64,000 nt of DNA, from the NCBI RefSeq assembly GCF_036321535.1, contig NC_087436.1:30568001-30632000 (forward strand). The letters run 5' to 3'. This DNA is from Camelus dromedarius. Taxonomy: Eukaryota. Below are positions 24,388-37,999 of this stretch, piece after piece (positions within the stretch are counted from its first letter, which is position 1; every line of letters starts with the position of its first letter). Made by a program: the position numbers and the translations under genes. The notes under the pieces are model-generated. The model saw only the letters and a list, made by a program, of their open reading frames with translations, had not been told where the DNA came from and ran no database searches.

Positions 24388-27300
24388 ATTCTTGATCATT
24401 GCACTTAGGGTAAAATTCCAATTCTTGAATTCGACCCTTACACTGTGTATTCTCAAATCTTATTTGTTTCTTCCTCCGACTCACCACTAGCCCCATCAAC
24501 CATATTTCAGTTTCTTGAACCTACTAAATGGTTTTAATATCAGTAAAGTTCCTCATAACGTGCCTTTTGCCTCAAAATCTCTTCATTCTAAATATCACCT
24601 ATTCTTTTACTATTTATTCATCTACCATTTCTTGACTCTCCAATATACATGATTAACCTGTCATATTATCTTTCCAATTATTCTGTCCTTTTCCTTTATA
24701 GTGCTTTTACCTTTTCTTTTAAACTAGGTATTTAACTAAAAGCAACAGAGTATATGCCAGCGTTATACACTCATCAGAAAATCTACAGGTTCATGCTTGG
24801 AACATTTTGGTCTGAGGATATTATCGTCCAGCAACTTCACATACAGTTTTTAAGTTGTTACCCTCTGTTCATAGAGATCTAAAAGTTCCCAGTACTGCCC
24901 CATGGAAGGTTATTCATAGGTGATATGTTACATCATTGATGAGGGAGAATTGGAGACACAATGGGGAACAGTATGCTTGGCCTATTGGTCTTTTGCACTA
25001 GGCTTTGTAAATATAGGTTCTTATAGGTTATCTCCCTTTTACTTTTGTTTTTATTTGATTCTCTTTCTTCTTCCTTCTTGTTCTCCAGACCTTGATTTAT
25101 CTAGTCTCTCTGAGGCAAAAACAAACAACCAAACAAAAGCTGGTTTTGTGGTCTTAAACTTTGCAATTAGTTCTGACCATGTTTTCCACCGTCTAGTGTG
25201 GGCACATGGAGGGAAAACACGATGTGTTACAAGTGTAAGAGGTGGGGGAACATCAGGGATATTATTTGGTTACTACTAGTGATATAACCCAGACATATAT
25301 ATTCATGTTTTCGTTTTTGCTTAAAGTTTGTTGTGCTGATACAGCTTCTGGGGGAATGTACTATACCTGTATTCTACTCTATGCCCAGCACTAAGGACAG
25401 TGTCAAACACAACAAGGGCACAGAATGTGTATATGCTGAATGAATTACTGCAGAGCCCCATAAATGGTTTCTCTGTCATGAGTCTTGTCCCTCTTTGACC
25501 CACTGTGGCCACTTCATACACAATGATCTTTCTGAATGCAAATATATTATTAGACAACTGTTTAAAACATTTACAATATTTGACACTGGTATAAGAAGTT
25601 CCAATCTTTTTTCCATAATTTCAATAATTATGCCTCAACTTCTCCCTCTCTATTCATTAGAAATAATCTTCCTCCAATGCTATATGCCCCTGAATGTATC
25701 TTATCTTTGTACTTATTCAGTTGATTATAGTTGATATTTTAGTTTTGCATTTTCTCTACAAGGACACATGTTTAAATATCATTGTATCCCCAGCACCTAC
25801 CTCAGTCTGAACCCAAGAAGACACAGATACATATTTTGAATGAATTAATAAAGCAATCCAATAGCTCTATCACACTGCCTTTCAAAAAACAGATGATTAG
25901 TAAAATTATTAGTATTATTAGTAAAATAAATTTATCTCCTCATTTACTTATCTATATGTAATAATACATAACCTAAATTTTATTTTCCAAAGATTGTGCC
26001 AGGGACAGAAATCACTTATTTACTGCTTTCATCTAAACTTTTTTCCCTTATACATGAACAGCAGCTTCTACTAATTTGAGTGGCCTTTACAAAATCTAAG
26101 ATACCTTCATCCATATTGCAATAATAAGAATAAACACAATATATAGTACTATAATATACGCACAAACTAAATGGTGAAGTAGGTGTTTTATACCCCCACA
26201 GGCTTAAGGATATCAATGTTGTTTTAATATATTATGAAAATGTGAGTTAATTATAAGTAAATGACAAACTTTACCATTAAAGAATTCTCTATATAAAATC
26301 CAGGATTTCTTTCAAGTCTTCTGAATTAATGAATAACACAATAAAAAGCTTGATCTTTTAATATATGTCATGAAAAATGCAAAAATTGTCTTCCAGTAAT
26401 TGTGCATTATTTAAAAGAATTCTATGTTGCATATTGCTTATTATTTAACACAATTCTACATTGTTCACATAATCCAAATCATCAATTACATGCTTCCTTT
26501 TCTGCCTAATTGGAATTTGTGAGAAGGCACCACAAGCATATACAATATGGGGTCATGTTATGATAATCAGGTTGTACAATGAAGATTAATCATTCAGAAT
26601 CCACTTACGATATCATAGGCTACCACAACAACATATTTGATTTTATTGCCTAAATATTCAGAAGAGTAAAGAAGCAACAGTGTCTGCTATTGTAACTTAA
26701 GCTACAATAAATATTGTATATGTTCAGTTTCCCTGTTCTCCCTATTAAATTGGATGCTTACAGAATGCCACTGGTTTATCTAGAAATAAATCAGGAAAAA
26801 TTCAATTGAAATTGAGTGTCTCAATGGAAAACTCCTGGAACTGCTTTCATGCTGAAATTGGGCAAACTATTTTTGTGTTTCTGATTAAAAAAAAAAAAAA
26901 CCTCTCTATTACAGACACAACGATTCTTTACCCACCCAGGAGAGTATCAATGGCACATAGACTGAAGTCTGAGGAAACAACCTCGTAAGAATCAACATCA
27001 CACTAAAATATACAAAAATTTTGCTTTCTAATTAAAAGGTATTTAATTTTTTAAATAACTCCATTTTAATCTTCCAATTAGTTTATTTTTACTATTGCAC
27101 TTAAGATATGAAGAAAATAAAATAATCTGGGACTTTTTTATGTTATGTGTTTATCTTAGAATGCACCAGTCTAGTGATGATCGTCTTCTCTCAATTATGA
27201 TAAGCTGAACAAAATAACAACCCAGCAACCTGGCAAAATTAGTAGCCTGAGATAAACTGCTACAAGGGACTACATCGTCTCTCCAGGTCAGGACCAACTT

Positions 27301-28802
27301 TTAGACAGAATAGCTGACATCCCCCTTCACTTCCCACTATCAGTGGATAAGTAATGAGGAGAGGTCTGCATGTATGTGGAGGACTCAGTCAGGTTGTGAG
27401 CAGGTAACACATTTTTCTCACCTGCCTCCTTTGCTTTAGAGCTTACTTCTATCAGGTAATTGTGTCATTCAGGGAAGGAGAGGCAACATGCACCTATACA
27501 CACTTGTTTATGCCTACTCGGCACAACCAAATTCTGTGGCTCCATGGTCGGTTTGCAGAACGCACAAAACTCCAGAACATTCTAGCTCAACCTATTTCCA
27601 TAGTATTTAACACAGAGACTAAACAATTTATTTTTCTTCTTTACTTAACTCACTTATTCAAATCCCAACATTTTCTTCTGATTCAATCTTTCATTCCATT
27701 TCATAAATACCTCCAAATGCCTTCCCATTTCTTCTCCCCCAAGTGGAATTAAATCATCTATTTTTTGATCCCTGACTGTTTCTTACCCATTGTCACATGA
27801 CAATTTTAACCATAATTTTACTGACATGAAGAGAGTGTCTCATTTCCATGGCAACCAGGAGAAAGGTCTGGCCAATGCAGTCTCATTTATATTATATACT
27901 CCATTTAGTCATACTTAAAACCTAAAACTGTGTTCATGGCTCATCTCACTCTTGTAATTACAACAGTGCAAACACTTTGCACTTGCGCAATGTTCTTCTT
28001 GTACTGATTTTATCTGGTAAGGGTGAGAATGAAAATGGGAATTAGGCAGAAACATTTCCTGCCCCCTTCATTCATATATACATATATATCAGAAAATTGG
28101 TATACCTCACATTTCTCTATCTTTATCTTGCCTTACTGTGTTTTTAGCGCATCCAGTATAATGGTAATATGCTAATATTAGGAATAGTGGGTGTCCTTGT
28201 TTTACTTCTTCTAACATTAATAGGAAGGGACCTTGGTATTCCAGTTTTAAAGACTGCCCTGATTTGGGGGCTGAAATCAGTATCTTTTGCTCATTAAGTA
28301 ACATGCATCTAATCTTGATAATTACATTTTTAAGCAAGATCATTTACTTAATTTGGTCAGCATCCATGGAGATGATCATACTGTTGTTTTACAATATAAG
28401 GACTCTGAAGCCAGCCAGGGATTCAAAATCCAACTTCACCAACTACTGGATATGCATCTTTGTAAATCTACTTAACCCTTGCTTTAGTTTCAGTTTTCTT
28501 TTATAAAATAGGACTTACATGGATCTATCTCATAAGGCTGTTATGATGATTAACTGTAAAGGGCTCCAACTGAGCCAAGTACACGGTAAGTACTGTGTTC
28601 ATGTTTCTGTTTATTGTTCTGTTTATTGCTACTGATACGTATTTTTAGAAATATGAAAATACTGACTATATAAATATATTTTAATAGTTAATCATCCTTG
28701 ATTTTATATGACAAATACTACTTGGTTATGATGAATTATCTTTTTAATAAAGTAATGAATTTGCAGTTAATATTTTACTTAGAATATCTGCATCAATATC
28801 CA

Positions 28803-29330
28803 TATTAGTTACCTAAAGCTATTATAACAAATCCTTACGTGGGGGTGGGAGTACAGCTCAGTGGTACAGAGCATGCTTAGCATGCACAAGGTCCTGGGTT
28901 CGATCCCCAGTATTTCCATTAAAAACAAAACAAACGAAACAAAAAACAAATCCTTATAAACTGGGTGGCTTCAAATAACACAAGTGTATCCTTTCACAAT
29001 TCTGGAGGCCAGATTCTAAAATAAGGTGTTGGCCTGGCCACGCTCCTTCCAGAGACCAGGGGGTGATTCTGTTCCTTGCCTCTTTCAGCTTCTGGTGGCT
29101 CCAGGTGTTCCTGGGATTGTAGCTGCATAACATCAATCTCTGCCTTTCTCTGCACGTGGTCTTCACCTCTGTATCTCAAATATCCCTCTTCCTTTGCCTT
29201 ATGAAGGTTTAGGGACCACTCAGATAATCCAAGATGATTTCATTTCAAGACTCTTAACTGAATTACATTACAAAGGTTCTTTGTTAAAAATAACGTCACA
29301 GTCACAGCTTTTTAGTAGAAATATCTTGAG
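28803..29330 (-). mobile_element. MLT1 (MLT1B/C-like) MaLR LTR, interrupted by a SINE
   Basis: aaactgggtggcttcaaataac...cacaattctggaggccaga...ttccttgcctctttcagcttctggtggctcc...gataatccaagatgat. Confidence 0.8.
28841..28944 (+). mobile_element. tRNA-derived SINE (Vic-1 type, short-tail form)
   Basis: gggggtgggagtacagctcagtggtacagagcatgcttagcatgcacaaggtcctgggttcgatccccag plus an A-rich tail. 12-bp TSD aacaaatcctta at 28826-28837 and 28945-28956. Confidence 0.9.
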
Positions 29331-29785
29331 AAGTCCCTAAATTATTCATAATCAAGACTGTTAATTGTATTTACTTGGGTAATGTTTGGCAGTTTTGAGT
29401 TTCAAAAATACACTTGCATTTTAAAAATGAGCTATTTTTCATTTCACTGCTTGAAACAAAGTAGTATTTAAATGAGCTTCTCTTAAGGAGATGCCTTCTA
29501 CGAAATGGTTTATGTCTTCTGCATTTTATTTTTTTAAAGGAATCTTACACAATGTATTTTTTTAATAAATCTTACACAGGCCATTTCTTCTGTTTTGTTA
29601 AATTATGTTTTCCCAGAAAAATTTCCAATTTGCCCAAGTTTTTCATATTTCTTTATACTGATTGAGCAAAATGATTTATATAATATTTTAATTTTTAACA
29701 TCTTCTCTGCTTCTCTATTTCCCTCTTATCCTTTCATCTTTTATCTCAACATATTTTTAAAAAATCAATTATATAAACTATTTTG

Positions 29786-29815
29786 TGTGTGTATATATAT
29801 ATTATATATATAAAT

Positions 29816-29852
<37 letters not shown>

Positions 29853-29859
29853 AATATAA
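29786..29859. repeat. (TA)n-rich microsatellite with periodic taaa interruptions
   Basis: Seen directly. Confidence 0.9.
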
Positions 29860-32800
29860 TTTCCCCTCCCAAAATATTCACCCACATTGCCTTTTTACAG
29901 CATGAAGACCAGTGTAGGCAGATCTTGACGCAAATTAGTATTCCAGTAAGTCATCATCTGAGATGTGAGCACTAAAGGGTTTTTGAGCATGCATTTGTTG
30001 ATTCTAGTCTTTTTTATTCAATGCACAGTGATAACTGGGGCCCAAACAATCAGTGTCACTTCAGAGACAGTATTCAGTAATTCCTGAAAACTCTGTGTAT
30101 TTTCCTTTCCATAGCATGTATCCATCATGATAAAGAACTGGAGGATCCTTTTGGAAAGGAAATATATCCATACAGTACTTATTTCTTAGCTATGTTTTAG
30201 AGTCAAGGGGCTCTGCATCTGGTTCTTGGCTGAGGCCTGGAAAATCAGAGAAGCAGTAACACTCTGTTGTGGGGAAATACAGGATGCCCAACAGATATAG
30301 AGTGTTTTATTCATTTTTGTTCTGTTTTGTTTGTTCATTTTAAATTATAAAAATCTATTAAGACCTTAGGAAGATGCCAATATATTTCAGTACGTGGACA
30401 TCACAAAAATTCCTACCATTGAGCCATTCTTATTTTCATTTAGGCTCCACAGACCTTTTGAGTAGCATGTTCACATGGCTCAGGTGTTTAAGAACAGACA
30501 TTTGTCTACAGCTGTTCTGTGATCTCATCATTAATGTGACTTTAGGGAGACTCATTTTAATGGTGACTTCTTCCAGGCTGTAGAAGACATCTGCTATAGA
30601 ATTCTGTAAGAATACTGGCATCTATCTTATCAATGGATTTTTCCACTCCTTGATTATGGGTGTTTACCTCACCACTTCCTGAGGACAAGGATTCATAATA
30701 AGGAAGTAAGTATAAAAATTATCAAAGAAAAATTTATTCCAAAAATTCTATCTTCATAACCCTTTGGATTTCTATTTCTACATTATACCAAGAAAGTTCT
30801 GGTGTTCAGAGTTTATTTAATGTGGGCTACAGTTGAGTCAGAAAGCAGCCAACCAGCTATGTAAATTGACAGAGTCAATCTCAGATTTGCAAATTAAAAC
30901 ATAAACCTCCTCATATTGGTACACTTGGCTTGACAGTTTTTCCTACGTGGTCTTAGAAGCCGTCTCCATCCATTTCCCTCAGGTTTCTGTATGTATAAAC
31001 TACTCCCTCCTTATTCAGATGTTGTACTCATTATCCTGGAAAATGACAACATCTACTCTAGTTTTAGGTCTGGATACATAAATGGTAGTGTGGTTATTTT
31101 TCATTAGAATCAACATCCTATAAATAAAGGTTATCGTCTGGATTAAATTCATTAAAGGATCTTTACCTAAAGGACTTCTATCTTCCTCAGAGAGTGATGG
31201 TTATTTATGCTAAGAAGATACAGTTCACGGAATTTGGAATTTTAAACTTGGATTTATCTGAATCCATAAAGCCACTCTTTATCAATACAGTAATATCTAA
31301 ACAAGAGACTAGGAGAAGCTATAAATTCAAACTGAGTTGTAATTTTGCAGTCTGAAAAATCAAATGTGTCTTAGTAGGGTAAATCAGTCCTTAGGTTAAA
31401 AATAATAAAAATATTGTTAAGGCAAACCCGAAAGCTTTGTCTTTTCCAGGCATGCTTCGAGATGTGTATATATAGCTCAGAACATGCTATATATTCTATG
31501 TAAGCCTTCTTATGTGCAGTACAAAAAGAGAGTCCTCCTCTTAATCATAGGAATCATTATATCTGTGGTAATATTCCATTTCAGCAGCCACTTGATCACC
31601 CATACCCTGGCTCTAAATAAATACCCCATTCCAGGCAAATACATATCATAATTCACATGTCTAATTTTCACTGAATTATATGAACTAATAATCAATTTTA
31701 CTCTGCTAATGTGATAATCAGTGCCTTCAAAATCAACCAAGACAATGACAAATATCAGATTTCTGTTTTTGCAGATGTTTCCTAGAACCACTTCTATCAG
31801 TCAGAATTACACCTAGTAATCAGCAACCAGTCCAATATTTCAATCAGAAAAATACTGAATGGAGGGAATTAGGTATTTACAAAACAGCTGAAAATATTAG
31901 AAGGGAGAAGGTCAAAAATGTTGAACCTCGTTATTTCTTGCTACTAGTTCCAACATTTCAGAGAACTTTTGGCCAATGGTCACAGTTGCCTTTAACCCAG
32001 AGGTAAGAAATTCCTTGAGGAGTTCTCAGAAGCCATCACAAAACCACAAAATGTGCTGAATTTTGCACACAGATTTGACTTTTCTATCTGTGGAACAACT
32101 CTGTTCTGCCTTTCATATCTGACATGCATGCCTCTCATTTGAGGAGTTTACACTAAAACAGAGATAAAAAGGAATTCTAGGCAATAGAGTTCACAGGCAT
32201 CTGACCCCTGTGATGCAGGCGAGAACATAAATTTTTTCAAATATGGTGTTGCATGTCAACAGGGAAATGAACACCCATTTATTTCAGTGTCTTCATATAA
32301 TATCTGTCTTCTGGCCTCACTAATAACTGATGTTGTAGGATAGAAACTTTTGTCCACTTCTTTAAGATCATTTTTTAACTTATGTAGCTATATTGATATT
32401 GAAACTAATTAATATCTTAATATAAAATACTGCATTTCTTAAAATAATTTCTTCTAAATATATGTAATTTGTAAGGATGTACCTAAATACTTTTCTTAAA
32501 TAAGGTAAACCATTGATTTTAAACTTCAGAAAATGGTTCATAGTATTTATAATGGATATCAAAGTTCAATACAAAGAAGACATAATATAAAGCTGAATGT
32601 CTAATTTGCTTATTGTTACCATTTAATGGATAAAACAAGTGGATTGTGTTTAAAATTAATTACTTACAAATGAAACACAGAATGCCAATTATTTGGCCAC
32701 AAAATATAAATCAATGCTTCCATACAAAATACGTATCATCAACAAACTAAATCTTAAATGTACCCAGTAATGTGTAGTTACATAGGAAGTCAGATTTATC

Positions 32801-34599
32801 ACTGGTTCAAATAATTCTTACAAAGCTTAACCCTGTACTTCATTTAGAAATAATCAGACATATGGATTGAGCATTTTAGGTACTATCACCGATATTAATG
32901 AATATTTCTACTGAATATGCCTTGAAATTTATACGTGTTACATATCAGTAACCACAAAGAGCAAATGCTACCCACCAAGATACTGCCATAATTAATTCAG
33001 GTAGCCACTAAGTCTTTACTGATGGCCCTTATTCACTGGAGGATAAAACTGGCTATAATTTTTTTTTTTTATAGACTGGACATTAGAGCCCAAGTGCCTG
33101 AGTTCAAACATAAACACTGTCAGTTACTATGTTGACCTACTGTTTACAAATCAGGCGCCTAAACTTTTTTCATGTGGAAAATAGGTATGTGTATGTTATC
33201 TACTTCATACTGCTTATATGAGACTTAAATAAATTAATACATGAAAAGAGGTTACAGCATTGTTTAGTATGCAGTAGTAAGCTCTCAAAATATGTTATTT
33301 TATTATTAGGTGGCAGTAGCATTAATAATAGTAAGTTGTGCTTACTGTTTTCATAACTAAAAATTTCACTATACAAAAATGTCTGTTATCTGCACTGAGA
33401 AAAATTCCAGTAAAAAATAGATGCCCTGAAGGTGAGTTTCTGCTAAACAGGTAAGCCAGTTCTGAGAATCTGAGGAAACTTATGAATCATTTCTCCTAAA
33501 TTTGACATGTAATAGACCTGTCAAACTGGGCTGAAAATGTTTACATTTCCTTTTTAAAATCTCAACTTTTCTCCAAGCAATAAACTCACTGGAAACAAAC
33601 AAATTCTTCACAAATCTATTCAAGCTAAAAAGTGTGTTTGAGTATACAAGGGAAACAGAAAGAGGCAGCAATAAAGATGGAGTATGACAGTCACACAACA
33701 ATAAAACCATAAAGCCAACAAAGAAAAAGAGACAGAGAATAGACTGTTTCGAAGATTAACTTCCTTGAAGGATTTTAGCATGAGGTTTATAATGTGTATG
33801 TTTATCTTCTTTAGGTTAGAATTTGTTGTTTCTTCATCACTATATTTATGTGATAGAAGAGATTGTATATTTCCATAAAGGAGGCCCTATAATTGTGCTA
33901 TTCAAACATCATATGCTAAAATATTATTCATTCTTAGAAATTTTCATGTAATTGTAAGAATGACATTCAAACTAATTTAGAGTAAATATTAATAGAGATT
34001 TATGTGAGTGAAATAGTCCAGAAAGAAGAGGAACATTGTGATCAAAGTTCATCAACCAGCCAGATACACTTCAGTTCAGGGATCTTTTAATCTACTTCAT
34101 TATCATCTTTAAATATTTTTAAAATTCAAAATATACACTTAAATTCCTGGGGAAATATAAAGACACAAAATTCACTGTCTATCTCCAAAAATAATATATA
34201 TCACAAAATAGAAACACTAAAAGTTACACACTTCCACAAGCAAAAATCTTGTCATTATGTTTGCTTTCTAGCTTACATTTCATATTTCCCCAGCTCCCTA
34301 ATCCCACTGAAATTCTCTTACGTCAAGAACTATTCATTCACCCCCAAACTATTCGAAGAGCAGTCTGACTCATCCCCCGCCCCACCTATGATTGTCAGAA
34401 ACCTAACGGTTTCTCTTTAAACTCCTCCTGTTCACCCACCTTCCAAACATTGTCATAAAAAGTCCAAGAGGAGGGAGGAACATAAAATCTTGGGATAAAT
34501 AATGGGCAAATGTTTATCAAATTTGATAAAATTTGCTTTACCAAGTAAGAAAAAGTAAAGAGCCACAGAAAATTAAATTGAATGCAGATTAACAGTTAA

Positions 34600-35135
34600 G
34601 AAAATCAATGAAATCAAAAGTTAGTTCTTTAAAAATATCTAAAATTGCTAAACATATGAGTAGATTAATGAAGATAAAAGCAAGACAACATAGAAATGAA
34701 AGATGGAATATAACTGCTGATTCCACATATGTGGGGGTATATAGACAATGTTATGCCAATAAATACTGCAACCTTGATGACAAATATAAATTGCTTAGTA
34801 GATGTAAATGATAAAAATTAACCAAAAAAGAATAGAAATCTTAATTATATTAGTTATTAGAGAAATGATATTTAGGATTACAACATATTCCCACAAAGAA
34901 AATTCCAGCCCCACATATGTTCACTGGTTAGCTCCATCAAAAATTTAAAGAATAAAATTTAATTGATCCTATAGAAACTCTTTCAGAATTTAGAATGTAA
35001 ACAATTGTTTCTCAACTTATTCTGTGAAACCAGTACTACCTTGATTCCAAAACAAAAGACATTCTAAGCAAAAAACAAAAACAAAAGCAAACAAAAAAAT
35101 ACAGACCTATATGCTTCAAGAGCACAGACACAAAT
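34600..35135 (+). mobile_element. Ancient L1 ORF2 fragment (region preceding and starting the RT domain)
   Basis: Remnants resembling KINEIKS, YANK and NLFCETSTTLIPK (consensus NSFYEASIILIPK), plus tacagacctata (YRPI). Confidence 0.7.
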
Positions 35136-35249
35136 AGATAATATAAATTATAATTTATTTTTAGCTGTCTATCTTCCCATCCCATTGGAATGAAATTCTG
35201 ACTTTATACTAAATACTTCTAATGTAGTTTTTATATTTTTTTAATTTTT

Positions 35250-35668
35250 TTGAATTTTTACCTTTTGACACCCTTCATCCATTTCTCCCACCCCCTCCCC
35301 ACCTTCTGCCTCTGGTAAGCACCAATCTGTTCTCTGTATTTATGAGCTTTTCTTTTTCAGATTCCACATGTAAGAGAGGTCATATAGTATTTGTCTTTCT
35401 CTATCTGACTTGTTTCACTTAACATAATGCCCTAAAAGTCCATCTATGTTGTTGCTTATAGCAAGATTTCATTCTTTTTTATGGCTGAACATTATCCCAT
35501 TATGTATGTATGTGTATATATATATATATCACAATTGCTTTATCCACTCATCCTTCTACGCACACTTGGGTTGTTTCCGTATCTTAGCTATTGTAACTAG
35601 TGCTTCAGTGAACAGGGAGGGGTGGTGCATGTATCTTCTGGTGTTCGTGCTTTAATTTTCTTTGGAAA
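35250..35668 (-). mobile_element. L1 3' fragment (L1MA-like)
   Basis: agattccacatgtaagagaggtcatatagtatttgtctttctctatctgacttgtttcacttaacataatgccc. Confidence 0.85.
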
Positions 35669-37194
35669 CTTAATGGAGTTTTATGTGTACATTTTTTATT
35701 AGAAATTGTATCTGAAAGGTTCATTTTGTCTCACATTGATTTATTTAGAAACCAGCTCTCAACTGTACTGACTTTGTCATGAATGGAACCACATCTTTTA
35801 TGTTACCAAGTTTGTATCACGTAATACAGTCTCTCATTTGTAAATATACTGAATAAATGAGTAATTGCTGATTTTCAGCCACAGGTCGATCTTTGAGCTT
35901 GAGGTTACCAGGCTGAATGGTGGTATCAAACTACTTCTATGAAAATAATCTCCTATGTTATTTTGGAAATCATATAAAAATAATTCAGTATTTATATAAA
36001 AAGAATAATAAAACATTTTAAAAGTTTGTTAATGAAAACAATCACTTGATAATCATAAAAATATCAAGGTATCTAATGACAAATACTGAATAGATATCAG
36101 ATTTTTCCAGAAGGAAGACCCAGTACAGATAATAGGCATCAGAAGTAATTATTTCCTCTGGGAACTAAAAAAAACGCCCAATAAAATAATTATTTGTCAT
36201 ACCTATGCTCTGGCAAATAGTATGTAAGAAAGAAGCTTCAGTGACAAGATATTTATGTTATTTTCACTTTCCAAATTTTGAATGTTTGGGACTAACCTAT
36301 AAAGGACTTGGAGTCTAAGTTTTTCTTCAGTAATAAATATGAACATAATGAGGAAAACTTTCTACCTTGAACAAGTCTTAACAACACCTTGGCAACACTG
36401 TAAACTTCCAACATATGGTTCATTTACATGAAGAGCATCTTGGCAGAACATTTTTAAATATCTAAGCTTCAAAGATGATGAGAAGACAAACAACCTGACC
36501 CACGAGGTGATTAATACCATTGTAGACAACCATGATTGATTGCCCAGAACACGTTCTTCTGTCAAATTTCTCCCAGTATAAGTCAGTGCATATGATATTT
36601 TTTTTGTCATTTTGAATATTTTAACAGCTTCATTTCCTTGGGTAAAATAATTAGTCATTAAAATTAGCATATATCCACGGGTTTACTATCATAAACATAA
36701 AATTAGTGTACCCTTTCAGAATGTAAAATACTATAATTTTATCCTATTTCTGTTTCTTTTGTTTAGCACTTTACAGAGATGTATTCTTTTGTTGCAACAT
36801 AGAGGGCAACGTGCAAGCTAGCAAATACCCAGATTTACCCATAAAAATCTTGACAAACATACATATTCTAATTAAGAAATTAGTATCTGAGTCATGGTTA
36901 GAAATTACTAATTGTGACTGACAAATAAATCCTTGATTTCTATATGATATAGCAATTTAATTTTTACTAAACTGCAAGCCTCTGAGCAATGTTAATTATA
37001 TATTTACCCATGGCATTGACTATATCAGATCCCTTGGTTATATCTGTAATGCTGTATTTTTTTCAATTTTATAGTAAAAATAGTTTATGGAAATAAATAT
37101 TTTGTATTATTGCTGCTAACAATATTTTCTGCTTTCTCTTCTTCAAAAATAATTCAACCAGCTCTGAAATTATCTGCCTTGCCCTTAATATCAA

Positions 37195-37260
37195 CTCTCT
37201 ATATCTATCTATCTATCTATATCTATCTACCGACCTATCTATCTATCTACCTACCTATCT
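37195..37260. repeat. (CTAT)n/(CTAC)n compound microsatellite
   Basis: Seen directly. Confidence 0.9.
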
Positions 37261-37999
37261 CCAGTATCTGAAGCAGGTAAGAATAGATTTATCTCAGGTT
37301 TGCAAAATGACATGGATATATTTTCCTGCAAATTAACTCCTCCATAATACAACTTCTTTATATAATATGTTATGCTAGAAGATGAAAGGAAAATGAATAT
37401 TAAATCAGTTTCATGTCCTTGATCCCCTAATAAACTGGTGGCATAGACAGGCATGTGAACAGATAATATAATATAGCACGACTTGCATGACTTCGAGTAA
37501 AAGATTAACTGCTTTAACAAAGAGACCCACAAATGCACAAGCTTAAAGCATATATGTCTATTTCTCTCTCTTGTAACATTCCAGAGGTAAGCAATCTAGG
37601 AAGACAGACAATTTATGTTTTCCTCAATATGAAACTTTCACCTATCATTCCCATGTGGCTGTTCCAGTTGTCACTACTTCTGATTTCAAAGGTTCTAGAG
37701 AAGAGCAAATAAGCATCACTCAAATAATTTGTAAATTTCTAGTTGTGACAAGTTCAGAAAAAATCATGTGTTTCAACTATTAGTATACATAAAAGGCAAA
37801 CTATATGAGCTAACTTTTAAAATCAAGAACATAGATAAAGCAAAAGAAATGAACTATAAATGAACAAAATTTAGTGAATTTTTTATTTCTTCTTTCAACA
37901 ATTATATAAGTAAAAATATCTGACGATCATTTAAGAGAAAGTAGCACAGACAAGGCTTAGCAGGCTATGATACCTAAGAGAAGGGACATAAAACAGTGC

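Noticed and set aside
29526..29578. aatcttacaca repeated around a T-run (possible TSD-flanked mini-insertion)
   Set aside because: Better explained as a degenerate ~27-bp tandem duplication.
30576..30706. Possible exon between ttcttccag and gaa|gtaagt
   Set aside because: Stops in all three frames; no support beyond splice-like motifs.
33431..33456. Adjacent donor-like sites AAG|GTGAGT and CAG|GTAAGC (possible recursive splice site)
   Set aside because: No real polypyrimidine tract; compatible with chance.
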